Numbered from the whole stretch's first letter, positions 25,304-38,445 are shown. The stretch: 63,807 bases of DNA, filler included, from Chiloscyllium plagiosum (GCF_004010195.1; 4 parts of one record of this genome joined end to end with filler, not necessarily neighbours in it); one strand, 5' to 3'. A program made the numbers and translations. The notes: generated by a model not told the origin, from the sequence alone.

Positions 25304-26703
25304 ACAAAGTCTAGTAGCCTGTATCTCAGTATTCTCCTAGGCAACACTTTTTTCCAGTGTGAATAATGAGGAAAAAAAAAATTCATTTAGCGTTTCCCTT
25401 ATCTCCACTGACTCCATGCACAACTTCCCACTACTGTCTTTGACTGGCTCTAATCTTACTCTCGTCATTCTTTTATTCCTGATATACCTATAAAAAGCCT
25501 TAGGGTTTTCCTTGATCCTATCCGCCAACGACCTTCTTCATCTTGACAAGAGATTCAAGTTCCTTAGTAAGCCATAGCTCCTGCGTTCGACAACATCCTC
25601 CTTGCCCGACAGGTACATACTCTTCAATGACCTGCAGTAGCTATTCCTTGAATAAAGCTCCACATTTCAATTGCACCCATCCTCTGCAGTTTCTTCCCCA
25701 TTCTATGCATCCTAAATCCTGCACAATCGCATCATAATTGCTTTTACCCCATCTATAACTCTTGGCCTGCATTATATACACCTACCACTTTCCATTGCTA
25801 AAGTAAACATAACCGAATTATCACCAAACTCCTCACCTGGAAATCCAACACCTGGCCGGGTTCATTACTCAATACCAAATCCAATGTGGCCTCGTCCCTA
25901 GTTGGCCTGTCAGGAAATCCTCCTGCACACATTCGACAAAAATTGACCCATCTAAAGTACTTGAACTATCGTATTTCCAGTCAATAGTTGCAAAGTTAAA
26001 GTGCCCCATAACAACTACCCTGTTGCTATTGCTCCTTTCCAGAATCATCTTTGCTATCCTTTCCTCTACATCTCTGGAACTATTTGGAGGCCAATGAAAA
26101 ACTCCCAACAGGGTGACCCTCCTTTCCTGTTTCTAACCTCAGCCATCGAGGCCTCAAATGTCTTTTCTGCAACCATAACACTGTCCTTGACTAACAATGG
26201 CACTGTCGCATTCCACCTACCCATTCCTCAACCCCCCCCAACCTTTTACCATCTTCTGTTCTTACTGAAACATCTAAATCCTGGAACCTGCAACAACCAA
26301 TCCCATTCCTGCCCTATCCATAACATCGAAATCCCAGGTACCAACCCATGCTGCAAGTTCACCCAGCTTATTCCAGATGCTCCTGGCGTTGAAATAGATA
26401 TATTTCAAACCAACTTTCTGGTTGCCACTGCCCTCATGTGACCTTGAAATCCCATTTGAGACCTCACTACTCTCAGCCTCCTGTATATTTTAACTACAAT
26501 TTGGGTTCCCATCCCCCTGCTGAATTAGTTTAAACCCATCCGGAGAGCTTTAACAAATTTCTCCCCTAGGATACTGGCACCCCTCTGGTTCAGGTGAAGA
26601 CCATCCCATTTATAGAGGTCCCATCTATCCCAGAAACAGCCCCAGTTATCCAAGAATCCAACACCCTCACTTCTGCACCATCCCTGCAGCTACATGTTCA
26701 ACT

Positions 26704-26844
26704 GGATGCAGGTTTGCTCACTCAGCTGGAAGGTTCATTTCCAGAAGTTTTGTCACCCTACTAGGTAACATCTTCAGTGGGCCTCCGGGCGAACCTACAT
26801 CCAGAACCTCAACCTGAGCTACAAATCTTCTCAAACTCGCCAAG
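26704..26844. mobile_element. 141-bp Penelope-derived mini-insertion with hammerhead-like motif
   Basis: TSD TGTTCAACT at 26695-26703 and 26845-26853; minus strand reads CUGAAGA-UGUUACC-UAGUAG-GGUGAC-aAAA-C. Confidence 0.75.
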
Positions 26845-27997
26845 TGTTCAACTCCTCTCTCCTCTTTTTTTCTCGCCTCACTAGCAGGTGCAATAAACTA
26901 AAGATAACAACTGTGTTTGTCCTAGCTCCAAGCTTCCACTCTAGCTCCTTGAATTTCTGCCTTCAATCCCATCTCTCTTCCTACCTATGTCATTAGTGCC
27001 TATGTGGACCACAACTTGGGGCTGCTCCCCCTCCCCTCAAGGATCCCAAAAACACGATCAGAGCCATCATGAACCCTGGCACCTGGGAGGCAATACATCA
27101 ACCGTGAGTCTCTGTCGTTCCCACAGAACCTTCTTCTATCTGTCCCGCTAACTATGGAGTCTCCAATGACTAATGCTCTGCTCCTCTTCCCTCTCCCCTT
27201 CTGAGCAACAGGGACAGACTCTGTGCCAGAGACCTGTTCCCCATTGCTTAGTCCTGGTAACTCATTTCCCCCACCCACAACCCCCAACAGTATCTAAAAT
27301 GATATACTTGTTTTTGAGAGGAACGGCCACAGGGGATCGCAGCACTGCCTGCCAGTTCCTTTTCCATCCTTCTATGGTAACCCATCTACTACCTTCTTGT
27401 ACCAGAGCCCTCTGCCTCCCAAATGATCTGAAGTTCATCCAGCTTCAGCTCCAGTTCCCTAATGCGGTTTTTGAGGAGCTGGAGTTGTGTGCATTTCCCA
27501 CGGATGCGGTCAGCAGGGACACGAGTGATGAGCCTTACCTCCCACATTCTGCAGGAGGAACATTCAACTGCCCTAACCTCCATTGCCACTATTCAAAATT
27601 CCCAATGAGACAGCTAAAAAATAAAAAAAAACTAGTACACTTACCAATCCAGCACACAGAAACCTTTTTTTGGTTAGAGGAGGACAATGGGTGGGAGACA
27701 CTACCCGAGTAGTGTTTTGGGTAAAGCAACTGCCCAAATATAAAGTCACACTTACCAGCAATCTCGTGTCTGCTCCTGCTCAGCATGCACTCTGCCTATA
27801 CATGAGGTAAGTTTATATACTTTAAACTTTGCCTTCCTGTCAGGCCTCTGGTCCTCGCTGTCACTCCTTCCACTTCAATTACCAAAGAAATGAAGACCGC
27901 TGAACCCCAAGGTAAGTTTATTTCTTATTAGAAATTCTCCTGTCTCTGCCTGTAATGGGTTCACATTTGGCTGCACTAGTCTTGCTTTGTGAATACT

Positions 27998-28314
27998 GGG
28001 GCGGCACGGTGGCACAGTGGTTAGCACTGCTGCCTCGCAGCGCCAGAGACCTGGGTTCAATTCCCGTCTCAGGCGACTGACTGTGTGGAGTTTGCACGTT
28101 CTCCCAGTGTCTGCGTGGGTTTCCTCCGGGTGCTCCGGTTTCCTCCCACAGTCCAAAGATGTGCAGGTCAGGTGAATTGGCCAGGCTAAATTGCCCGTAG
28201 TGTTAGATAAGGGGTAAATGCAGGGGTATGGGTGGGTTGCGCTTCGGCGGGGCGGTGTGGACTTGTTGGGCCGAAGGGCCTGTTTCCACACTGTAAGTAA
28301 TCTAATCTAATCTA
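27998..28314 (+). mobile_element. HE1-type V-SINE (young)
   Basis: Full head, V-domain and (aatct)n tail. Confidence 0.95.
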
Positions 28315-30189
28315 AAAAAAAAGATGATTTCACAAGCCATTTCTTGCTATTTTACACTCATTCTGTTCTTTCTCCTTAACAACTTCATGTTCTTTGTTGC
28401 TGCATTCTAAAATTCTCCCAATCCTCAAGCATACAACTCGATCAACTTCCTCCTAGTCATGCCTCCTTCACTTGTCCTGTGGGTATTTTTGACTTAAAGA
28501 AAATGTACATTCACTGTTCTTCTGAATTCCAATGAGTACAAGAGTCAACTTTATTGCAACATACAAAATTGTTAAGGGGATTTGGAGAATGTGTATCCAG
28601 AGAAATGACTTTCCCTTGTGGGAAAGTCTAGGACAAGAAGGCATGATCTACAAATAAGGCCCTTTAAAAGGAAGAATTTCTTTTCTCAGGAGGGTAGTGA
28701 ATTGTGGAATTCTTAAATGCAGAGCGCTGTGGAGGCTTGGTTATTAAAATCTGTCTCTCAGCCTCGAATCAAAGAGAAAATAAAACAAAAGAACTATGGA
28801 TGTTGAAAATTTGAAACAAAAAAAATGTAGTGCTAGAAAAACCTCTGTTCTTGCAAAGGATCATGGGGCTCAAAACATTAACTCTGGTTTCCTCCCCATG
28901 AGGGAATCAATGTTATAATGAAAAGGCAGGAAAGTGGAGATAACTGCCGGAGTGATTCTGCCTCTGTGTTAACTAGCTCCTTAAATTCTATATTCAGGAT
29001 CTCATCCCTCTTTTGTACCTAAGTTGCCACTCACTCTTGACTCTCCCATAAAAAAATGTTCTGCAGCCAATTTATAATATCTCTGAGCTTGGCACCAGTG
29101 AGGCAACATGCTATTGTTGAGTCACATTTATAGCCACAAATGCCCACTGGTTTCCTATCAAATCTACCATTATTGTAAATCCAGTGTTCTTCACTCTCCC
29201 ATCCCAAATCCCACCTGTACAGCTGAGGCAACTGTGGTCCCGCAAACTTGTCTCTCATTACATTCTTCTAAAGAAGCATGATCGTCACAATATCCAAAAT
29301 TATACTTTTTTGTTTGTAAACCCAGTGTTCCAGAGCTGTAGCAGCACGAGTAGCTCGGTACTCTCTCTCTCTCCCCCAGATAAGTGTAGGCCCAAGCCCT
29401 GCGCTCTGTTCATATGCTCTTTGCTTACGGGATATTTCCTTGCAGCTCTGCTTTCTCTCGTTAGTATCTCTCCAACGCTTATTCCTTGGCTATTTGCAAT
29501 AGAAAATTAGTAGAACTTCAGTAGTGTGGAAGCAGGCTATAGACCGAGATTATAAGGACTCCCATTGAGGTGAATGGCTGCAAAGTGTCTCCGTGCTGCA
29601 TATAAAATGAAACTCATCCTGTAGTTTCATTCAGCAGGGAGTAGGCATAGCAGTCTCAAGATATTCTTCTCCCTTTATAAGCAATAGGTAGAGGTTTTTG
29701 AATTCAGTCAAAAAGGCCTGAACAAGCTAACATTGCTTTTATTGCAGACCGAATTGACCTACATCAATAACTCACTTTCCTCTCCTATTCAAAGGTTCTG
29801 GAATATGTCAGGGATGCAAGCACACCATATAAGAAGTGATCAACCAACTACATTTAGACACAACTAATGACTTGGATTGGCTACTGCAGAAAGTTATCAA
29901 TGCAGCAGTGTGGCTTAATTCGAAAATTCTGACACTAACAATTTTAGATCTAGGAAAATGCAGAAACTAAGATGGAAAAACGAGATGTCCATTGAAGGCA
30001 ATCGATTTTTGTCACAAAATGTGGAATTTTCACTCTTCTATTTGTCATTTCACTGAAGACATTTACATCAGCATAAAAATAGCAAAGCAAAATATTTAAT
30101 GATTATAATATCCCACATTAAAATTTCAAAGCTTTAATAATTACATAGAGCATATTCAATATAAACCATTGGAAGCAAAGTTACGCTAC

Positions 30190-30296
30190 CTTATAGAAGG
30201 AATCCATAGAAAGCAGCACCACCCAAGGAACATCTAAAGCTTCAATGATCTTGTTAGCCACTGTGGTTTTGCCTGAAGAACTACCTCCACACAAAC
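30190..30296 (-). CDS. UCKL1: Internal exon of a uridine-cytidine kinase-like 1 family gene (P-loop exon)
   Basis: Acceptor tttctttctag, donor gtagcg, 107 bp; translates (G)[35 protein letters not shown], matching recalled human UCKL1 [36 protein letters not shown]; orthologue versus paralogue unresolved. Confidence 0.93.
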
Positions 30297-31079
30297 CTAG
30301 AAAGAAAGATTGGCTGTAAGCACATTATGAGGTTGACAAACTGAGAAGGAGGGAGCAACAAGGCAAAAGAAGTGAGGAGTGAGTGTCATGCATGCATTAT
30401 GAACCAAAGAAATGACATTTCAACTGAAGGTTAGGAAGTTTCCTTTAAAAGGTGGGTTTGTGTCTGTAATAGGGAGCCAGCACTGCATCTTTCCAATCAG
30501 GGAATAGAATTGTAAGAGAGAGGTATATACCTTGTGGAGAGTGAAACTGGTTGTTGGGTTTGGGGACACATGGACATTTTTAGTAAAAGGTGGGAATAAA
30601 TTTGTTTCCTTGTCTAATGTATGGCCAAACCACAAATTACAGTTCGCCTTCATTAGCTGGAGCATGATATATAGGAGCAGTGATGTCTTGCTGCAATTTT
30701 ATAGAACACTGGTCCAGCCACAGATGGAATACAGTGTGCTGTTGTGGTGACCACATTATGTGAGAGACAGACAGAGTGAGAGAGACAGAGCAGAGGAGGC
30801 TGAGGGGGGAATCCAACTGGGCTATAGAAATTTATGAGAGGCATAAATAGGTTAGATAATAAGAATCTTTTCCACATGGCAGACGTATCTAAGACCAGAG
30901 GGTATAACTTTAAGGAGAGGGGTAAATCATTTACATGGGATCAGAGGACAACTTTATCCCACTCAGAGGGTGGTAGAACTAATCAATGTGCTATGGGTGA
31001 TGGAGGCAAGTATTCTGGCAATACTCAAGAAGCATCTGGACAAGCATTTAAACTGCAAGGACAGAGTAAGCTATGGACC

Positions 31080-32838
31080 CCATCCACCTGGACACCCCGT
31101 GCTGGCCTCCTACCTGCCCTCGACCTCTTCATAGCCAACTGCCGCCGCAATATTAACCGCCACCTGAACTCCCCCACCCCTCTCCCAGACCGTCGTAACC
31201 TCATCACCTCGGGGGATCTCCCATCCACCGCCTCCAACCTCATAGTCCCACAACCCCGCACCGCCCGTTTCTACCTCCTGTCCAAAATCCACAAACCTGA
31301 CTGCCACGGCCGAGCCATTGTCTCCGCCTGCTCCTGCCCCACCGAACTCATCTCCGCATACCTTGACACCGTCCTGTCCCCCTTAGTCCAAGAACTCCCC
31401 ACCTACGTTCGGGACACCACCCATGCCCTCCACCTGCTCCATGATTTTCGCTTCCCCGGTCCCCAGCGCCTTATTTTCACCATGGACATCCAGTCCCTGT
31501 ACACCTCCATCCCCCATCACGAAGGACTCAAAGCCCTCCGCTTCTTCCTTTCCCACCGTACCGACCAGTACCCTTCCACAGACACCCTCCTTCGACTGAC
31601 TGAACTGGTCCTCACCCTGAACAACTTCTCTTTCCAATCCTCCCACTTCCTCCAAACGAAAGGAGTAGCCATGGGCACCCGCATGGGCCCCAGCTATGAC
31701 TGCCTCTTCGTAGGATATGTGGAACAATCCACACCCTGAACAACTTCTCTTTCCAATCCTCCCACTTCCTCCAAACGAAAGGAGTAGCCATGGGCACCCG
31801 CATGGGCCCCAGCTATGCCTGCCTCTTCGTAGGATATGTGGAACAATCCACACCCTGAACAACTTCTCTTTCCAATCCTCCCACTTCCTCCAAACGAAAG
31901 GAGTAGCCATGGGCACCCGCATGGGCCCCAGCTATGCCTGCCTCTTCGTAGGATATGTGGAACAATCCACACCCTGAACAACTTCTCTTTCCAATCCTCC
32001 CACTTCCTCCAAACGAAAGGAGTAGCCATGGGCACCAGCATGGGCCCCAGCTATGCCTGCCTCTTCGTAGGATATGTGGAACAATCCACACCCTGAACAA
32101 CTTCTCTTTCCAATCCTCCCACTTCCTCCAAACGAAAGGAGTAGCCATGGGCACCAGCATGGGCCCCAGCTATGCCTGCCTCTGCGTAGGATATGTGGAA
32201 CAATCCATCTTCCGAACTACACTGGCCCCACCCCCCACCTTTTCATCCGCTACATCGATGACTGTATCGGCACTGCCTCGTGCTCCCANNNNNNNNNNNN
32301 NNNNNNNNNNNNNNNNNNNNNNNNNNNNNNNNNNNNNNNNNNNNNNNNNNNNNNNNNNNNNNNNNNNNNNNNNNNNNNNNNNNNNNNNNNNNNNNNNNNN
32401 NNNNNNNNNNNNNNNNNNNNNNNNNNNNNNNNNNNNNNNNNNNNNNNNNNNNNNNNNCTAGGAACCCTCCAACCACAAGGGATGAACTCGGATTTCACCA
32501 GTTTCCTCATTTCCCCTCCCCGCACCCTGTCTCAGTCAAATCCATCAAATTCAGCACCGCCTTCCTAACCCGAGATCTTCTTCCCGACCTCTCCGCCCCA
32601 ACCCCAGTCTGACCTATCACCCTCACCTTGACCTATCACATTTCCGACGCCCCTCCCCCAAGTCCCTCCTCCCTACATTTATCTTAGCCTGCTGGACAAA
32701 CTTTCCTCATTCCTGAAGAAGGGCTTATGCCCGAATCGTCGATTCTCCTGTTCCCTGGATGCTGACTGACCTGCTGCGCTTTTCCAGCAACACATTTTCA
32801 GCTCTGATCTCCAGCATCTGCAGACCTCACTTTCTCCT
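31080..32838 (+). mobile_element. Penelope-like retroelement (RT fragment + pLTR), 5'-truncated
   Basis: FYLLSKIHK, RAIVS, FTMDIQSLYT, QTKGVAMG, RYIDD motifs; pLTR with hammerhead at 32709-32744; 18-bp TSD CAGAGTAAGCTATGGACC at 31062-31079 and 32839-32856. Confidence 0.95.
31613..32207 (+). repeat. Five tandem 119-bp copies of Penelope RT sequence
   Basis: Units start at 31613, 31732, 31851, 31970 and 32089. Confidence 0.97.
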
Positions 32839-34512
32839 CAGAGTAAGCTATGGACCAAGTGCAGGTAAATGACAAAGTATAGTTTAGTGTTTGTTGGTTA
32901 CCATAGACATGGTGAACAAAAGGGCCTGTTTATGTGCTGGGTGACTCTATGCCTCTTAAAAACGTTCAGTTGAAACACTTATATTTCCCTATAAGTTATT
33001 TCTAGTTGAATCAATTGCTACTTTTTACAGAAGATCCTTTTCTTTGCTCTATAATCTAAAAGATAATTTACAGCTCTCCCTTATCTCCCTTTATCCAATA
33101 TCTACATCATCACGATGTCTACTAAGGAAACACAAGTAGTTCAAAGGCATATATTGAGTAAAAGTTTAAAGGCATGCAACAGGGCATACACAACACACGT
33201 GATCTTCACTGTAGTAAAAAGAAAAGAGAATCCCACAGTACCTAATTAGTATCATACAATATGGCCATTAGAACTGAAACAACATTATTCAATGCATCTC
33301 AGAGGCAAAGACTTGGGCAAATAGTTAGATATAACAAAAACACTGATCCAATTTGCAAGTAACATAATATGAGGCAGACCAGTTTAATGCGGGGACGTGT
33401 GAGGTCATCTACTTGGAATTTAAAGATATATTGGAACACTAAAGTTTTGACTGGGAACAATAAACCAACTTAAAATTAAATGTTGGCCTTCACCTCAGGA
33501 GGCTGAAATAAAAAAGGGTTAGAAATTATATTACAGTAGTCAGACCACATCTGTAACGTTGTGATCTGGTTTCAAGAAAGACATATTAGCTTTGAAGGTG
33601 GTGCAGCATAGACTGATCTGAATGATGGGATTAAATGGTTCAATTGGAAAGAAACGTTACATGGACCAGATTTATATTCCCTGGTGATAGAAAATCAAGC
33701 AGTAAGCTTGTTTAAGACGATTAAAAGGTTTGGAAAGACAAGAGTGCAAAACTGGCCTCATGTAGTGGTAGGGTTAGGAGGTCTGGGTTAATCCCACCTG
33801 TCCAGAGCTATGTAATATTCTGAACAGGTTGATTAGAAATTATCTAGACTGCAAAATGATTGCTGCATGCTCAGCAAGTCCAGAACAAAAGAAACAGACA
33901 AAACCTTAAAATTAAAGCCAAATAATTCAGGGGTTGTGTCAGGAAGCAGTACTTCATACAATTGGAAGCCGAGTCTGACTTTGGTTGTGGGTAAATTGTT
34001 GGAGGTGATTTTTATGAAAGGTAGGATTCATAAACATTTAGAGAGGCAAAAATTGATAGGGGATCATTAGCCTGGTTTTGTGGGAGAAAAATAGTTTCGC
34101 ACAAACTTGACTGAGTTTTTGGAGGAAGTTACAAAAAAGATTGATGAGAGCAGACCAGTAGACATTGTACTTGGCCTTTAGTAAAGCCTTTGACAAGGTT
34201 CTGCATGGTATACAAGTCAATCAATTTATGTCACATGGGATTCAAAGAGAGTTTGCCAATTGGATTCACATTTGGCTTAACAGCAGGAGACAAAAAAAAA
34301 GTGGTGGAGGGTTATTTTTCAACCTGGAGGCCTACTACCAGTAGTGACCCAGGCATTGGTTCTGGGGTCTTTATTTGTCATTTACGTAATTGATCTGGAT
34401 GAGAATATAGAAGGCATGGTTACTAAGTTTGCAGATGACACCAAAATTGGTGGCATAGTAGACAGTGAAGAACATTTTCGAAGATTACAAAGAATCTTGA
34501 TCAAATAGGTCA

Positions 34513-35799
34513 CTGACTGAACTGGTCCTCACCCTGAACAACTTCTCTTTCCAATCCTCCCACTTCCTCCAAACGAAAGGAGTAGCCATGGGCACCCGCA
34601 TGGGCCCCAGCTATGCCTGCCTCTTCATAGGATATGTGGAACAATCCATCTTCCGCAACTACACTGGCCCCACCCCCCACCTTNNNNNNNNNNNNNNNNN
34701 NNNNNNNNNNNNNNNNNNNNNNNNNNNNNNNNNNNNNNNNNNNNNNNNNNNNNNNNNNNNNNNNNNNNNNNNNNNNNNNNNNNNNNNNNNNNNNNNNNNN
34801 NNNNNNNNNNNNNNNNNNNNNNNNNNNNNNNNNNNNNNNNNNNNNNNNNNNNNNNNNNNNNNNNNNNNNNNNNNNNNNNNNNNNNNNNNNNNNNNNNNNN
34901 NNNNNNNNNNNNNNNNNNNNNNNNNNNNNNNNNNNNNNNNNNNNNNNNNNNNNNNNNNNNNNNNNNNNNNNNNNNNNNNNNNNNNNNNNNNNNNNNNNNN
35001 NNNNNNNNNNNNNNNNNNNNNNNNNNNNNNNNNNNNNNNNNNNNNNNNNNNNNNNNNNNNNNNNNNNNNNNNNNNNNNNNNNNNNNNNNNNNNNNNNNNN
35101 NNNNNNNNNNNNNNNNNNNNNNNNNNNNNNNNNNNNNNNNNNNNNNNNNNNNNNNNNNNNNNNNNNNNNNNNNNNNNNNNNNNNNNNNNNNNNNNNNNNN
35201 NNNNNNNNNNNNNNNNNNNNNNNNNNNNNNNNNNNNNNNNNNNNNNNNNNNNNNNNNNNNNNNNNNNNNNNNNNNNNNNNNNNNNNNNNNNNNNNNNNNN
35301 NNNNNNNNNNNNNNNNNNNNNNNNNNNNNNNNNNNNNNNNNNNNNNNNNNNNNNNNNNNNNNNNNNNNNNNNNNNNNNNNNNNNNNNNNNNNNNNNNNNN
35401 NNNNNNNNNNNNNNNNNNNNNNNNNNNNNNNNNNNNNNNNNNNNNNNNNNNNNNNNNNNNNNNNNNNNNNNNNNNNNNAAATGTGTTGCTGGAAAAGCGC
35501 AGCAGGTCAGGCAGCATCCAGGGAACAGGAGAATCGACGTTTCGGGCATAAGCCCTTCTTCAGGAATGGGGAAAGTTTGTCCTGCAGGCTAAGATAAAAG
35601 GTAGGGAGGAGGGACTTGGGAGAGGGGCGTCGGAACATTTCCGACGCCCCTCCCCCAAGTCCCTCCTCCCTACCTTTTATCTTAGCCTGCTGGACAAACT
35701 TTCCCCATTCCTGAAGAAGGGCTTATGCCCGAAATGTCGATTCTCCTGTTCCCTGGATGGTGCCTGACCTGCTGCGCTTTTCCAGCAACACATTTCCAG
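34513..35799 (+). mobile_element. Penelope-like insertion (RT fragment, gap, inverted pLTR pair)
   Basis: 11-bp TSD CAAATAGGTCA at 34502-34512 and 35800-35810; GVAMG RT motif. Confidence 0.92.
35532..35567 (-). ncRNA. Minimal hammerhead ribozyme motif
   Basis: Reverse complement reads CUGAAGA-A-GGGC-UUAU-GCCC-GAAA-CGUC. Confidence 0.8.
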
Positions 35800-36639
35800 C
35801 AAATAGGTCATTGGGCTGAAAAACAGCAGGTGGAATTCAATCTGGATAAATGCGAGGTATTACATTTTTGTACAACAGGGACAGGACTTATACAATTAAT
35901 GGTAAGGCCTTGGGTAGTGTTATAGACCAGAGGGACCTAGGAGTTCAGGTAAATAATTCTTTGAAGTTTCTGTCACGTATAGAGGGAATGATTAAAGAGG
36001 CATTTAGCACGCTTGCCTTAATTGCTCAGTCCTTTGAGAACAGGAGTTGGGAAGTCATGTTGAGGTTGTACTAGATGTTGGTGAGGCCTCGTCTTGAATA
36101 CTGTGTCCAGTTCTTGATGTCTTGTTATATGAAGAATGTTATTAAGCTGGAGAGGGTTCAGAAGAAATGTACCAGATTGTTGTCAGACATGAAAAGCTCG
36201 AGTCATAAAGAAAGGCTGTATAGGTTAGGACTTTTTTCACTGGAGCGGAGGAGGTTGAGAGGTGACACTCGGGTCATAAGTATAGACAGGCTTCATGGTA
36301 GGTGCCTTTTCCCTCGGATGGAAGGAAGGATTACAAGACAAAATTTAAAGGTGGGAGAAGAACAATACAAAAAAAAAAGACACAAGGGGCTTTTTTTTTA
36401 GAAAAACACAAAAAAGAGTGGTTCGCATGTGGAATGATCATCCTGAGAAAGTGATAGATGCAGGTATAGTTACAATATTTAAAACACATTTGGATAAGTA
36501 CATGAATAGTAAAGGTTTCAAGAGATATGGACCAGGATTGGCAGGTCGGACTAGTTTAGGTTGGAATTTTGTTCAGCAAGGACAAGGAAGACCAAAAGGG
36601 CTTGTTTCCATGCTATACGACTCCTATGACTGTCATGAG

Positions 36640-38445
36640 TCCTGACCACGGAGACAGGCCCTTTGGCCCAAACTGGTCCATGCTGGCCAAAATGTCTATC
36701 CACTAGAACCAAATTTCCCTGCACTTCTACTCCTTTCCTATACATGTATTTGTATATGCCTTTTAAATGTTATCAATGTACCAACCTCAACCGCTGAAAG
36801 CTCATTCCTTTTACTCTGTAAAAGGTTGCCCCTCAGGTTCCTTTTTATTTTCTTTCTCCTCCAACCTTAAACTGATGCCCTCTAGTCCTCAATTTCCCAA
36901 CCCTGAGAAAAATATTCACCCTATCAATGCCACCCATGATCTTATACACCTCTATAAGATCTCCCCTCATTCTCCTACGATCTAAAGGAAGAGGTCCTAG
37001 CTTGTCCAACCTCTCCCTACAACTTAGACCACTGAGTCCTGGCAACATCCTTGTAAATTTCTTCTGTACTCTTTCCAGTTTAATAACATCCTTCCTACAG
37101 TTTTGGTCACCTTGCTGAACACAATACTCTAAGTGCAGCCACACCAATGGTCTGTACAGCTGTAACAATTTCCCAATGTCTATGCTCAGTGCCCTGACTG
37201 AAGGCCAGTGCCAAAAGCCTTCCTCACTGCCCTGTCTACCTGTGACCCCACTTTCAGAGAACTGGTGAACCTGAACTCCAAGGTCCTATTCCACTACACT
37301 CCTTAAAGTCTTAACTCCACTCACCATGAAACTTCTACCTTGATTTGGACTTTGCCATATGCAAGACCTCACACTTATCGATATTAGATTAGATTACCTA
37401 CAGTGTGGAAACAGGCCTTTTGGCCCTCCAAGTCCACACTGACCCTCTGAAGAGTAACCTACCCAGACCCATTCCCTGTATTTACCCCTGATTAATGCAC
37501 CTAACACTATGGACAATTTAGCACTGCCAATTCACCTGCAGATTTGGATTGTGGGAGGAAACCCACACAGACACGGGGAGAATGTGCAAACTCCACACAG
37601 ACAGTGGCACGAGGCTAGAATCGAAACAGGGTCACTGGCACTGTGAGGCAACAGTACTAACCACTGAGCCACCGCGCTGATCTATTAAACTCAATTTGCA
37701 ATTTCTCAACCAACTTCCTCAGCTGATCAAGAACCTGCTGCAATTTCTGATAGCCAGTATCGTGGACAGAGAGAAAGGTTATTTTAGTGTCATCTGCAAA
37801 CTTATTAATCATCCAAGTCATTGATATAGATAACAAACAGTAATGGGCCAGCACTGACCCTAGGCACTCTACTAGTCACAGGTCTCCAGTCTAACAAGCA
37901 TCCTTCCTCTATTACCCTCTGCTTCCTAAGATCAAGCCAATTTTGTATCCAATTTGCCAGCTCACCCTGGAATCCATGTAATCTAACCTTCTGGAGCTGC
38001 CTACCATGTGAAACCTTATCAAAAGCCATACTGAAATCCATACGGACTACGTCTACCACCCTGCCCTCATCAACCTTCCTGGTCACTTCATGTCCCTCAA
38101 ATTTATTAGAGGTCTTTGATCTCCCACACACAAATCCATGCGGACTACTCCTAATCAAACCCGGTCTTTTCAAATGCATGCGTACCTTAACTCTTAATCT
38201 TTTCATCCAACTTACCTACCACAGATGTTAGACTTCCTGGTCTATAGTTCCCAGGCTTTTCTTTGCAACCCTTCTTAAGTAAGCACACAACAGTCGCTAT
38301 ACTCCAGTTGAGCATGACCTCACCTATGGCTAACAATAATGCAAAATATCAACTAGGGCCCCCACTTTTTTTTTAAAAAATCTAGCCACTTGCAGTGCTC
38401 TTGGATATATCTGGTTAGGACCAAGAGATTTATCCACCTTCATAG
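36640..38445 (-). mobile_element. CR1 RT and 3' end (probably continues at about 41640-42110)
   Basis: MDFSMAFDKVSH, KFADDTK and LEYCV; interrupted by a SINE. Confidence 0.88.
37384..37676 (-). mobile_element. HE1-type V-SINE
   Basis: Head, V-domain and agatt tail. Confidence 0.88.

Larger units (their letters stand above)
22231..27870 (-). mobile_element. Older near full-length CR1 hosting three nested insertions
   Basis: 5'UTR; ORF1 (MAMEVRAVECSSCRMWEV at 27589; esterase ALVIGDSIV); EN (VVMGHFN); RT; interrupted at 22988, 24987 and 26704. Confidence 0.9.
30620..32955 (+). mobile_element. Old CR1 3' end split by a Penelope insertion
   Basis: LLQFYRTLVQPQMEY and MRGINRLD; 3'UTR resumes after 32856. 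Confidence 0.75.
33960..36635 (+). mobile_element. Decayed CR1 RT and 3' end, split by a Penelope insertion
   Basis: SLTLVVGKLLE and KFADDTK before 34512; EFNLDKCEV and LEYCVQF after 35811. Confidence 0.88.

Noticed and set aside
27998..28075. tRNA genes at SINE heads
   Set aside because: A/B boxes run straight into the V-domain and LINE-type tail; these are SINEs.
30834..31739. 301-aa ORF as a novel gene
   Set aside because: Chance read-through from decayed CR1 into an inserted Penelope RT across a TSD.
31613..32207. CRISPR-like array
   Set aside because: Units are contiguous near-identical RT sequence with no unique spacers, in a eukaryotic context.
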